A stretch of DNA of 64,000 nt, taken from Crassostrea angulata (taxonomy: Eukaryota). A program made the position numbers and the translations under genes. This document shows, in pieces, positions 48,997 through 61,623 of this stretch; position 1 is the first letter of the stretch, and each line of letters starts with the position of its first letter. Location of the stretch: the NCBI RefSeq assembly GCF_025612915.1, contig NC_069115.1, positions 25,727,757 through 25,791,756 of the forward strand, written 5' to 3'. Under the pieces are notes generated by a model. The model searched no databases. It saw only the letters and a program-made list of their open reading frames with translations, and was not told where the DNA came from.

Positions 48997-49287
48997 TTTG
49001 TCTCAAATTCAAAACATTTCTCGGAAGTTTACCGCTCTCTAGTCTTTATCTAAAACTCTGGAAAACTCTAGAAACTTTCCGAAAACATCGATTGACCAAT
49101 CATATTTCATTCCTAACAATAGCCATCGTGATTTCTTTTCAAAACGAGGCTTGAGGAGGTCTTAGATAACACGTACATGAAAAACGACAATAGTCGCGCG
49201 CAGCAGTGGTGGACCAGAAGTATCGGCGCGACAATTGTCGCGCGTAGCAGTCTAAGGGTTAAGCTGACTTTATCATACCTATTGTTC

Positions 49288-49325
<38 letters not shown>

Positions 49326-49869
49326 TTTGGGTCAGAGTTCGACCCCTTTCTTTATTTATGGTTACATTGAAATTTAAATGTTAAAACGGGCACGGCCCCT
49401 GTGCTCAGTGCATTTAATATGAACAAATCCTGAGAGATCCAAATGTCAACATGGTGTGTAAATTTGAAGTGAGTACAAAACATTGGTGAAAAAGTTTTGA
49501 ATTCTTCATTTATATGAATTAAATTTTTAGATGAAAGGTATTTACAGCCTCAAATGGTTTGTAATGAATAATTTAACTGTTATTTTCAATGCAGCTTCAT
49601 TGGTTTTCTCCAAAATCGTTTTGGGAGTTTCTGAGTTTTTTTGCTACATTACGGGTATTTTGGAGGTCTTTTAACTGTGGCAAAGGCCTGTACCGAGACA
49701 CGGTTAGATTCCTCAAACGAAGCAGAGTGTAGTAAAATTAATTGCATTATTGTAGGATTAAAGCTTGGTTAAGTAAATGTCAACAATACGGTGTGTTGAT
49801 GTATCTATTTCGTAAATGTCCGATATCATTATATCCAAAACCAACCCGTGCACGCACAGGTCAAAGTCT

Positions 49870-51250
49870 AGTAGGAAAATAAAGAGTAAATCTTTAAAAA
49901 TCTTCTTCTCAGAAACTCATCAGCCAGGAACGCTGAAACTTGTGTGGAATCATCCTCAGGTAGTGTAGATTCAAAGTTGTAAAAATCATGATCCCCCCAA
50001 GGGTAGGTTGGGGCCTTAATGGGGGGGGGGGGGGGGGTCGAAGTTTTACAAAGGAATATATTGAGTAAATCTTTAAAAATCTTCTTCTCAGAAACTAATC
50101 AGCCAGGAAAGCTTAAACTTGTGTGGAAGCATCTTCAGGTAGTGTAGATTCAAAGTTGTGAAAATCATGATCCCTGGGGGTAAGGTGTGGCCACAATTGG
50201 GGGTCGAAGTTTAACATAGGAATATATAGAGTAAATCTTTTAAAATCTTCTTCTAAGAAACTAATCAGCTAGGAAAGCTGAAACTTGTGTGGAAGCATCC
50301 TCAGGTAGTGTAGATTCAAAGTTGTGAAAATCAAGATCCCCTGGTTAGGGTTGGGCCACAATGGGGGTGTTGATGTTTTACGAAGTAACATATAGAGTAA
50401 ATCTTTAAAAATCTTATTCTTAGAAACTAATCAGCCAGGAAAGCTGAAACTTGTGTGGAGGCATTTTCAGGTAGTGTAGATTCAAAGTTGTAAAAATTAG
50501 ATCCCCGGAGGTAGGTTGGGCTACAAAGAGGGAGGGGGGGGGGTCAAAGTTTAACATAGGAATATATAGAGTAAATCTTTAAAAATCTTCTTCTCAGAAA
50601 CTAATCAGCCAGGAAAGCTTAAACTTGTGTGGAAGCATCTTCAGGTAGTGTAGATTCAAAGTTGTGAAAATCATGATCCCTGGGGGTAAGGTGGGGCCAC
50701 AATTGGGGGTCGAAGTTTAACATAGGAATATATAGAGTAAATCTTTTAAAATCTTCTTCTAAGAAACTAATCAGCTAGGAAAGCTGAAACTTGTGTGGAA
50801 GCATCCTCAGGTAGTGTAGATTGAAAGTTGTGAAAATCAAGATCCCCTGGTTAGGGTTGGGCCACAATGGGGGTGTTGATGTTTTACGAAGTAACATATA
50901 GAGTAAATCTTTAAAAATCTTATTCTTAGAAACTAATCAGCCAGGAAAGCTGAAACTTGTGTGGAGGCATTTTCAGGTAGTGTAGATTCAAAGTTGTAAA
51001 AATCAGATCCCCGGAGGTAGGTTGGGCTACAAAGAGGTGGGGGGGGGGTCAAAGTTTAACATAGGAATATATAGAGTAAATCTTTAAAAATCTTTTCCTC
51101 AGTTACTAATCAGCCTGGAAAGCTTAAACTTGTGTGGAAGCATCCTTAGGTAGTGTAGATTCAAAGTTGTGAAGATCATGACTATTCGGGGTAGGGTGGG
51201 GCCAAAATGGGGGAGGGTTTAAAGTTTTACATAGGAATATATTAAGTTTT
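49870..51250. repeat. 165-bp satellite, ~8 units
   Basis: same monomer as 25335-26483; begins ~610 bp from the piggyBac right end. Confidence 0.9.
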
Positions 51251-52330
51251 AAATTTTTACACAGTATTTTTATAGGCATGCCATATCGTGGGATATATTT
51301 TTGTACCAATCAGACATCAACTTTCTGTTAAATGACGACTTTGTTTTTTTTAACAAAAATTTTCAAACAAATTTTTGTCAAAGAATTCTCAACAACTGTT
51401 TATCGCAGTTGCTTGAAATTTTTACACAGTATTTGTATAGGCATGCTATATTGTGGGATGTATTTTTGTACCAATCGGACATCAAATTCCTGTTTAATGA
51501 GTACTTTGTTTATTTTAAGCCAAAATTTTCAAACAAATTTCCATCAAAGATTTTTCAGCAACTATTTATTACAGTTGCTTGAAATTTAAACACTTTGTTT
51601 TGGCATGCCATATTGTGGGATACATTTTTGTATCAATCGGACCTCAACTTCCTGTTAAATAATGACTTTGTTTATTTTTAGCCAAAATTTTCAAACAAAT
51701 TTTCGTCAAAGATTTCTCAGCAGCTATTTCTCGCAGATGCTGTAAATTTTAACACAGTGTTTGTTAAGGCATGCCATATCGTGGGATGTATTTTTGTACC
51801 AATCGGACATCAAATTCCTGTTTAATGAGTACTTTGTTTATTTTAAGCCAAAATTTTCAAACAAATTTCCATCAAAGATTTTTCAGCAACTATTTATTAC
51901 AGTTGCTTGAAATTTAAACACTTTGTTTTGGCATGCCATATTGTGGGATACATTTTTGTATCAATCGGACCTCAACTTCCTGTTAAATAATGACTTTGTT
52001 TATTTTTAGCCAAAATTTTCAAACAAATTTTCGTCAAAGATTTCTCAGCAGCTATTTCTCGCAGATGCTGTAAATTTTAACACAGTGTTTGTTAAGGCAT
52101 GCCATATCGTGGGATATATTTTTGTACCAATCGGACGTCAGCTTCCTGTTAAATGAGTCCTTTTTTTATTTTAGCCAAAATTTTGAAACAAATTTTCCTC
52201 AAAGATTTCTCAGCAGCTATTGATTGCAGATGCTTGAAATTTTAACACACTATTTGTTTAGGCATGCCATATTTTGGAATATATTTCTGTACCAATTGGA
52301 TGCCAACTATCTGTTAAATGTCGACTTTGC
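51250..52330. repeat. Different ~163-bp satellite, ~6.5 units, directly abutting the 165-bp array
   Basis: monomer ...gcatgccatatcgtgggatatatttttgtaccaatcggacatcaa(c/a)ttcctgttaaatga...caaaattttcaaacaaatttt(c/t)...; ORFs here are artefacts. Confidence 0.9.
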
Positions 52331-53023
52331 TGATTTTGCATATTCACATCAGAGCGGGGGTATCACTAGTGAGCATTGGCTCTCAGATATCTTGTTTTGT
52401 TAAATTTAGAGTTGCTGTACTTTAAGGGTTAATACGCAGTGTTGCTAAAATTCATGAAATGCCTTTTAATGATTATCACTAGCTGGAGGGATGTCTTTTG
52501 TTGAAATTGATATGCAGTATGTAGGCCCCTTATGATTAGAGTATACATGAGAATCAGGGGAATTAAGTAAAATGCGAAACTTGCTGCTATGACTGTTGTT
52601 TTGACTTCACACTGTGAAATTGGAAGTTACAGATGGGAGGTAAAATAACACAAAAGGAGGTGGGTGGGACATTGTAAACTATACATCGGTAAGTTTCTGA
52701 CATGTGATGGTACAACATGCACATGGTACAGAAGGTCAACCCTTTGCAGGAAATATTAGCTTGTGGAGGTCTAAAAAGCTGAAATGTAATGAAAAAAGGG
52801 TGAAATGAAATTGTCAAAATCTCAGAAAAACCACTGCGTAGAAAATTTAACACATCCAGACTAGAAATTTTCCACAGAAATTGGTGACTGGCCTAATGAG
52901 GAGAGAATTAAAGGTATAAGACTTAGTGCTGAGCTGAATGTGAACTGAGGAAGTTCTAGTTACAGAGTTTCAAAGACATTAATTCCTAGCTACAGTGAGT
53001 TGTATTAAAAAATCAAAGTACTG

Positions 53024-53681
53024 AAGAACTGACGGGACTTGATTTTGTCGATGTTTATTTATCTTAAAATCAATGATATGTTATTTTGCATGACAAGAAC
53101 ATGTAGTTTCTAATTTGTATTTGAATTACGCACATTTCTATAATATGAATTTTCGAATTATAATATTTTCGACAACAATGTCGAGAAACCCCCATATGAA
53201 ACATGTTAAATAAAATTTAAAGATAAAAATTAATTCAATCAAACTATGTATCAGTAAAAAAAAATATTTCTCGAAAATTGTATGGATCCAAGCAATCTTG
53301 AACTCAAGTCTCGTTCAACCAAACGCTCGGCTGACACCGTAAATCTCCGACAAGCAAGAGAGACTCTCTGCTTGTCGGAGATTTACGGAGACAGCCGAGT
53401 GTCGAGTTGAACAAGACTATATTGAACTCTGGCGTAGGAATACATACGACTACAAGAAATATCTAAATTGTTCGTACCATTTAAAATCTGACTATTTTCA
53501 AGGTATCTATAAATAAGTTTCCTTAAAAAACAATGCTTTAGCATACATTACATCGAATTCATCAATCATTTTCAAGAACTAAGTCTTGTCAGGAGCAATG
53601 ATTTGTGCTGAGGTCCAAACACTGTTTCACTTTCGGTTTGTCCGAGTGGCTGCATAGGAGAGTTGATTAAAATCAACTCCC
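53024..53681 (-). mobile_element. Family Y element, copy 3 (reverse orientation)
   Basis: reverse complement aligns with 43225-43825; perfect internal palindrome 53325-53395. Confidence 0.6.
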
Positions 53682-53865
53682 AAAAACTGTCGCATGCGAC
53701 CAAATTTAGGCCAGCCGGCCTCTTGTTTCAAATTTTGTAATCCCCCTTTCCATTCCAAAGTTTTCTTTGAGTAAATTTAATAAGGTGATACAAATATTTA
53801 CTTTAGAGCTGTGGAAATCAGTTGAGTAATCTGACCTTTGGCGTATTGTTATTTTATTTCGCTAG

Positions 53866-53953
53866 GTAAAAGAAGACGACCTGGTGATGTGTGGATGTTG
53901 AGGGGCCCTCAGGAGTATGTACCTCCCATTGAGGTCAACGTCATCAAAACAAG
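53866..53953 (+). CDS. MVP: MVP exon; translation (G)[28 protein letters not shown](R)
   Basis: acceptor ttcgctag|, donor AG|gtaaca; matches [29 protein letters not shown]. Confidence 0.85.
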
Positions 53954-53985
53954 GTAACAATGCATAAGCAATTTATATTTTTATG

Positions 53986-54051
53986 ATCCCCTTGCGCAAC
54001 TTGTTGCGAAGGGGAGATAGCATCGCTGCTATGCGTGTGTGTATGTATGTC
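53986..54051. repeat. Hairpin-plus-microsatellite module (atccccttgcgcaacttgttgcgaaggggagat then (TGTG/TATG)n)
   Basis: near copy of 4189-4297. Confidence 0.7.
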
Positions 54052-57000
54052 TATTTCAGCCTTTTTAGCAAGATTCAAAGAAAACCCTCAAATGCATGTT
54101 TATCAAACTTCGTACACTTCATAAGCATGGTTAATGACAAACCATATTCATTTACAAGGAATTTTGTAATATATTTTTTTAAATATCGTTAAAATTACAA
54201 CACTTAGAAATTTTATGTACGACTTCCAGTTTGTGTAAGTAAACATTTCAATTTAGCAACTTAAAGGACAGGTGACACAATCACAAAAACATTGACCAAC
54301 AAGTTGAATTGTGAGTGGGATACAATTTCTGCAAAATTTTCCTTACTACTCCCCTCTGGTTCACAGCTATTGCTGAATTACTGAGCTGATAAGACGCGTG
54401 ACCTCAATATGCATATCTGAAGCCTCTGAGATCGGAAACCTTCGGTGCGACGTAATAGCCGACACACTGCCCATTCGCTGTATCTTTCAACCATAGGGAT
54501 TTCTGAATTGCTCTTATCTAAAATCTGAAGTCATTAACTTTTGCTCATTGCTATTAAAAGTTTGAGAACCCAGTACATAAACAGAGTTATTCTAAGCTTA
54601 GAAACCCGTTTCTGTTTCCTCAGCAATTATGAATAGGAGTAAAAATTATGACCTGTACTGTTAACTTTTCATTGATCTATATACTTCATGCTGGAAAAAA
54701 TATGTCAGATGTTGGATTTGTAAAAGATTAAAATCATCAAAACCAAGAAACGATTTTGTTTAGTCAACACATAGTAAGTGATGATGTATAGAGACTTTTC
54801 GTTACCAGGAATTTCACTGGATCTTAAACCCTAAATAAACCCTAATTAAGTTAATTGGACTTAATAAAGGATTTTTTTTATTTAAGAAGTATTACCAGAA
54901 ATCCTGGTGCCTGTAAGCAAATATGTTTGTAAATTTCTTTAGTTCCACAAAATCAGGGGTCTACCTTAATCTCAATACTAATAACCGAAACATCTTTTAA
55001 TTTCATTTTTTAGTATGGTATTTGATCATGTTTGTTTATTGAAATTTAATTAAAAGAACTATATTTATACCAATTTTCATAATCAGTAAAGACTGAAACA
55101 GTAGTTTTTTAACATAGTATTCAGGTTTTAAAAACGTATTAATCTCAGACTCCTTGAATTTTATCCAAATGTAATTTGATTTTTCTTTTAATAGATTATG
55201 AAGATCATTTTTTGGTAGTACTTCTGAGTTGTGTATAATTTATTCTCTATTGATCAAACCTAAAAAAAAATGCCCAAAAACGAGCTGTTATGCACACTGA
55301 TTACTTCTTATATACTGACATTAGATTCAGATGGACAATGAATTATTATTTTTACAGCAACACCAATTGTTACAAATAGTACACAAAAAGGATTTATATG
55401 TGATATAATAAAAATCTAACTCATCGTGCTCCCAGGAGTTCAGTTTTTTTAAAGAAAAAAATATTTAGATTAATATCAACCTATTCAAATAAATGTTTTG
55501 GATCTGCAAGATTGGATTAATATGCATATTCAAACAATATATTTCAAACTTTACTGAATACTGACAATCTGAACAAGTGGTGGCCTGTCTGGCTGACAGG
55601 ATGATAATCTGCAATATCACAGAATCTTCAGATTCATTCTCATTTAATTACTTTTTTTCAATTCCTATCACCACCATTTATGTACACAACATTTCTCAAA
55701 AACTCCATTAACCAATAATACAACATGTAATCTTGTACATTCTATAATCTTACTACTTTGTTTTCAGGAGAGGGTTCATACACTAAACTTTTCAACAAAA
55801 TATGCTTTTAATAAATTCACTTTAATCTGATAGTGCTTTATTTCAAAATCATCATTTGCAACACAAATACACTATCCTGTACGTGTAAAAAAATCATCGT
55901 CCATTGCTCTGTTTACTATGTAGCCGATAGCTGACTATGTCATCTTTGACGAATAACGCACACGGGTTTCTTATCTCATTAAAGATCGGCAAAACTTGGA
56001 GATCTGCTGCAGCTGGGATTTTAGCACACTTAATTAAGCTGTGTGTTCTTATCTGATGCTAGTCAAATGGAAAAATTGTTATAAACTGATTTATATTTAT
56101 CAAAGAAAATGTTTTTAGAAGAAAATGATTTTGTGTCACCTGTCCTTTAATATTTTGTTGGATGTAGGTCCTGTAAAGGTAAGAAACAAACATTTTTAAG
56201 AAATGGGGAGTTGGAAGGATGTCCAAAGTGAATTTCCAGCTATATTTAACAAATTACTTAGAGAAGAACAGATTCATAAGTCAGAAGAGACTTTGAAGAA
56301 TACCATTAACAGGATTAACCGGAAAATCATTTCATGTATACTGCTGTAGATACATTATTCTTTTTAAAATATTGGGGTTAAAATTATGACATTAACTCGA
56401 ATTTTCCCATAAAGCAGACAATAAATCACCAGATCTTAGTTACGTTCTATTTTCAAGATGAAACTTACATTTGCCAACACTAATTGTCTAAATGCGTAAT
56501 GTATGTCACTATATATAGAAAATCTATAAAACTATAAAACTAAAGTTTAACACGTTTTGGATGTGTTTTCGCTAGTAATGGGAGGAATTGTACAACCAAG
56601 TGAATACACCCATCCCCTAGGATACACCCCAAAGCATGCAAGGGGATAGGAATAAACAAAATATTTTAATTCAAAGTGGTTTTTAACAAGCTAAATATTT
56701 AGTCTCTTTAATTACATGTTTATTCCAAAATAATACATTTCCCTGCACAATATTTTCATTTTGCGAGGGAATGCTAATTAGCTTTGCGGTGCCCTTGTTG
56801 ACACTAAAATAATAAATCAATAAACCTGTACATGTCCACCATTCAACAATAAGACATTTTTATGCCAATTAAATTACTAGTATTGATATAATATAGTTTG
56901 TTGGGTTTTTAGTTAAATATTAAAGTCTTGTTTTGACCAGATTATAGTGAAGGTAAAGTATGAGGTTGGTTTTTGTATTGTAATAACACACAATCTTTCA

Positions 57001-58088
57001 TCCAAAATAAGATCAAGAGTTGGGTGGGTTGAGGTATCATACATAGGAGCAAAATTTTGCCCCATAAATGAAAGAAAGATAGCGTGTCTCTAGAGACTGC
57101 TATAGAGTGAGATAGCAGTCTCTATAGAGTGAGATAGCAATATGATTTTGAGTGAAATGCAGGTTGTATGGAGATACACTTTAACATGTAGCTAATTCAA
57201 TTATGAATATTTGATTCTTACTGTTTTTGCATCTTTGGCCAATTATTACTTGCATTAAATTGTTCTTATTGCCAGTGTATTCGCCGTTACGTAATCAGCA
57301 ACCTGCTGACTCATTGCATGGTTAATGTTTGTTTAACAATTTAAGGTGACACATGCACTTGTGTTAAACTTCTGAATCACAGTTTAATCAAGTGAGAGGA
57401 TTTATCATACAAAGGTTACTTTTTTACAACAGCTGCTGGACAAATTGGCACAAAATACTTATCAAATTTAAAAGGTTGCTTTTTTCAAATTTGATTAAAA
57501 GTGAATTGCATGTTTCCTGAAACTTAAAAATTGGTCTAGCATAGCAGTAAGAAAGGGGTTGATCAGTAATATATGCTGCTTAAAGAATTTAATAGGCAAT
57601 AATTAGTCAACATCACAGGATGTACATATTCATGGTTTTCTACAATTGGCCTGACAGTTTTGAATTTAATGCAAAGCATACAAGAAATGTTTCTGTGAAG
57701 TAACGTGACACAGTCCGAAGTTTTCTCTTGATAGTTTTAAATTTTGGAATATATAAGGATCATCTACAAACCCACTTCATGACAAATATGAACAAAGTCC
57801 TACACTTCTTACAGTGTCAAACATATTAGTATACTGGAATAAGAAGGAAAGGAGACGAATAAGTGGGTATATCCAGAAAAAAAACCAAGAATAGAGTTGG
57901 CATGAATATGAATATTGTTTTAGGTGGATGACTTCAACAAAACACTTGACTTTTGACTTCTTCTAGGCCCATCTAGTGGACCTGCAGCCTTTCAGGGCTA
58001 TCCCAGGTCCAAGAACAAATTTAAAATGTGATTTTCTTTGTGTATTATACTCTTAATGAACGATAATACTTAACTTTTGTTTTTGTAG

Positions 58089-58149
58089 AAGTAAGATTCC
58101 TTTGAGCAAGAATGAGGGTATTTACATCCAAGATTTTCAGACTGGAAAG
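58089..58149 (+). CDS. MVP: MVP exon; translation (R)SKIPLSKNEGIYIQDFQTGK
   Basis: acceptor ttttgtag|, donor AAG|gtattg; matches [21 protein letters not shown]. Confidence 0.85.
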
Positions 58150-58439
58150 GTATTGCTTTGAAATGCATATTGAATATGAAAAATATGATTATGATATCAA
58201 TATAAATATGTATTAAAATGGTTATAAACTCATTTAATTCATTAATAATGACTCAGTGTGTTTATTAATCTGTAATAATGCCATGTCATAAAAACATTTT
58301 CAATAAACATCAAATGAGTCGGGATATCAATACTTTGAGTACTTTGATTAAGGATATATAAATAAAATTATAAAAGCTGTTTTTAGAGAGACTATGCAAT
58401 CTTGATATTTAAGCGTTGAATCATTATTAACCGGGTTTT

Positions 58440-59580
58440 CTGACGTAAAAATGGCAAGTGGGCGGGCGGCTGCCAAAAGGGTACCCTCAGTGTACAGATA
58501 ACTCCTCCTACAGTTTTTGAGATAGGAAGTTCTTCTTCTGCAGATCAATTGAGCATATATCAGAGGTGTGCATATTGCTAGGATATTGATTTCTGATAAT
58601 TTATGAAAAAAATGCCTCCTTTTGAACATAGTCATTTTGGGCAAAATATTGCATATAGAGTACCCTCATGGTACGGATAACTCCTCCTACAGTTTTCGAG
58701 ATAGGAAGTTGTTCTTTTGCAGATCAATTGCACATATATCAGAGGTGTGCATATTGCTAGGATTTAGATTTCTGATAATTTATGAAAAAGCTACAAGCTC
58801 ATTTTTTGGCAAAATATTGCATATAGGGTACTCCATTTCTCCATTTCACTGGAAACGGTAGGTATTTTTTATCAATTCAGGGTTGACATGGATTATGGAT
58901 ACAGTTCACATAAAAGAAAACCTGGTTTGCTGTCACATTGACAGCTTTTCACTAGTTTTTTGAAAGATGTGGTCTTATAACTGTAATGGTGTGTGCATAC
59001 AAATTGAATAATGCAATCTAGCGCGTTATGAAAATTTGTTTGCACACACCGTTGCAGTTATGAGACCACATCTTTGAAAAAATCATAATTCAATGCTTTT
59101 ACGTTTTTTAACATTTATTCTCTTTCCGAAAATATGATTTATTTTTTAAAATCTCTGCTTGATTCAACAAGTAATGTGCAAATGGAGGAGCCATTGGAAC
59201 AGCCGAATCATGCTGACAAAAAATGTGCACAGAGATTTGATAGCTTATAAGAGAATTTTATTTTTTTAACCGGGCATTCCAACAAATCCGGTTATTAAAA
59301 TGGCGGGCGGGCGGGTGGGTGGGCGGCTGCCAAAAGAGTACCCTCATGGTACGGATAACTCCTCCTACAGTTTTCAAGATAAGAAGTTGTTCTTTTGCAG
59401 ATCAATTGCACATATATCAGAGGTGTGCATATTGCTAGGATTTAGATTTCTAATAATTAATGAAAAAAATACCAGCTTTTGAACTTTGTCATTGTTTGGC
59501 AAAATATTGCATATAGGGTACTCCATTTCACTGGATACGAGTTGACATGGATTATGGATACAGTTCACATAAATGATGAA
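58440..59580. repeat. Family W repeat blocks (58440-58870, 59290-59580) flanking a unique segment with a 33-bp inverted repeat (58963-58995 / 59044-59082)
   Basis: gttgacatggattatggatacagttcacataaa occurs at both 58883 and 59543. Confidence 0.6.
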
Positions 59581-59739
59581 TTTACTTTTGGAATCCTAAG
59601 AAATTAATTTATTGAAATCATTTTATTGTTAAGATATGTTTACATCAATGAAATATTAATCAGGATATTAAGTATAATATCAGGTCGTGATCTGGCTTGA
59701 AGTCCCGAGAAGAGTAAGTCATGTTCTTCGAGAAATACT

Positions 59740-61080
59740 ACAGGAAGACTATTCATACTTCTGAATGCAAAATATAGAGCAAATATGAGAATAATTTCAT
59801 TTGTTTGCTTTGGGGAATTGGGTTATTTGGATGACGTCATAGATAAACAGCAAATGAGCAATGATGACTTAAATCAAGATTCAAGTGATAGGCATCCTCT
59901 GTACAATGATTTATGAAGATTTGATTGTTATGCAATACTATTTAAAAATTGGTTGAAATCGGGGGCAGATACGAGGGTTGTCCCAAAATAGTGTAGACAA
60001 GTGGTGTTATTCAGTTAATCGAAGACAAAAGAAGATGAAATTTGTGCCACAAAGGGTTCAAGAAATTTGCATTCAAATAATGTTTTAAAATCGAATATTG
60101 TTTGAGATTAAATTAGTGAAATGAAAGCATGTTAGATCAGAAATTCTACATGCGGCGCAATGTCAAAAACAAAAAGTTAAAATCAACATAATGAATTGAA
60201 AATTGGGCGGAAAAGTACTTTTCGAATGAAAAAATTCAAATAAAACATACACCGATATTTGATAATAATTCTATTATTTACTCGGAAAATGTTTTGGCTA
60301 TAACAAAACTTTTAAATATTTTATAGCGCGTTTTGTGACAAGTTGAAAAGTTAAGTGGTAATAAAATGACGTTTTCAGCGTTTAAGGCGGCGCAGCAGTA
60401 ACTGATACAATTTTGTAAAGACCATGAAATAAATCCTAAGCGGCTTTGGAAGTAAACGAAATTAACAAAATCGATGAGAAATGCGTTTTGTGAATAAGTA
60501 GTTAAACAACATTGAAAATATTTGAACAAGTATGAAGACAATAAGTGGAAAAAAGAAACCCCGAACGATATCAATGGACGTCAAAATGTTGAACGACACA
60601 TTTCGGTAGGACGGACGTTAGACAACAAGTAATACAGGGCAAGTTTGGAGCCGACAGATCGTTTGTACTTAGAAAATATTTAAAAACAAAAAACTAGAAA
60701 TATATATTGAATGTGCATGCAGAGTACATGTTCAAAGATAATATTTTTCTAAGACATTTTCGGAAATAAAACGTAAATGTTATCGTGAACGATGTGGAGG
60801 GTTTAGCAACAACGCAAAACTGGAAATTTTTGACGTCGTACATTGCGCCGCCTGACAAAACTTGTTGTTACTAATTATTCATTTTCTCGAGAAATAAATA
60901 AAGTACAGATTTGAACTTTTCAGCATTGTTTGCCAAAGGGTCATTGAAGAAAACATAGAAGTCTAATGAAATTCCAGTGAACAGATTATAAATTATGTGT
61001 CCTGTCTACATTATTTTGGGACAGCCCTCATATTTGACCACACCGCACATAGTCCTTTATCCTATGAGTTAAATCCACCG
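59740..61080. repeat. Family Z repeat copy, split at 59971/61031 by a nested MITE
   Basis: 59745-59971 and 61033-61075 are collinear with 18590-18850. Confidence 0.75.
59972..61030. mobile_element. Tc1/mariner-type MITE (1,059 bp), 27-bp TIRs, TA/TA flanks, nested in family Z
   Basis: left cgagggttgtcccaaaatagtgtagaca vs revcomp of right tgagggctgtcccaaaataatgtagaca; TA at 59970-59971 and 61031-61032; empty site cagaTAtttgacc at ~18800; subterminal inverted repeat 60150 / 60826. Confidence 0.75.
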
Positions 61081-61094
61081 TATATTGAGATAAA

Positions 61095-61250
<156 letters not shown>

Positions 61251-61528
61251 ACCATTTCTATTAACAAGCTAAAATATAGGGTGGAATTTGAATGCCGTTA
61301 ATAATCAATGCACCTTATATTGAAAGATTTACAAATGTTGATAACATCAGATTCTATAAAGAGAGGTGGAGAATAAACAAATCAGACCCATGTCAAGTGA
61401 AGTTTCCTTTCAGATTGAATTTTCATTCCTAATTATTTCTCCTTGGATTTTCTTTATTTGATGAAAATTAAACTTTCATAATTTTAGAAGTTTAAGGATG
61501 AAGAAAAAAATGTATATTTTTTTTGCAG

Positions 61529-61623
61529 GTAAGAGCAGAAATGGGACCACAGTCTTACATGCTGTCGGAAGTTGAAGAATTGTGGGAAAAAAGTCTGCCA
61601 GATATCACTGAAGAGCTGCTTAA
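61529..61623 (+). CDS. MVP: MVP exon; translation VRAEMGPQSYMLSEVEELWEKSLPDITEELL(K)
   Basis: acceptor ttttttttgcag|, donor AA|gtaatt; matches [32 protein letters not shown]. Confidence 0.85.

Larger units (their letters stand above)
46668..49258 (-). mobile_element. piggyBac-like DNA transposon, full length (2,591 bp), with TTAA target-site duplication
   Basis: TTAA at 46664-46667 and 49259-49262; left end CCCTTAGGCTGCTGC, revcomp of right end CCCTTAGACTGCTAC (13/15); single long transposase ORF; uninterrupted paralogue of the insertion site at nt 40-150. Confidence 0.9.

Noticed and set aside
51301-51589. 93-aa and 85-aa ORFs
   Set aside because: Lie within the 163-bp satellite; repeat artefacts.
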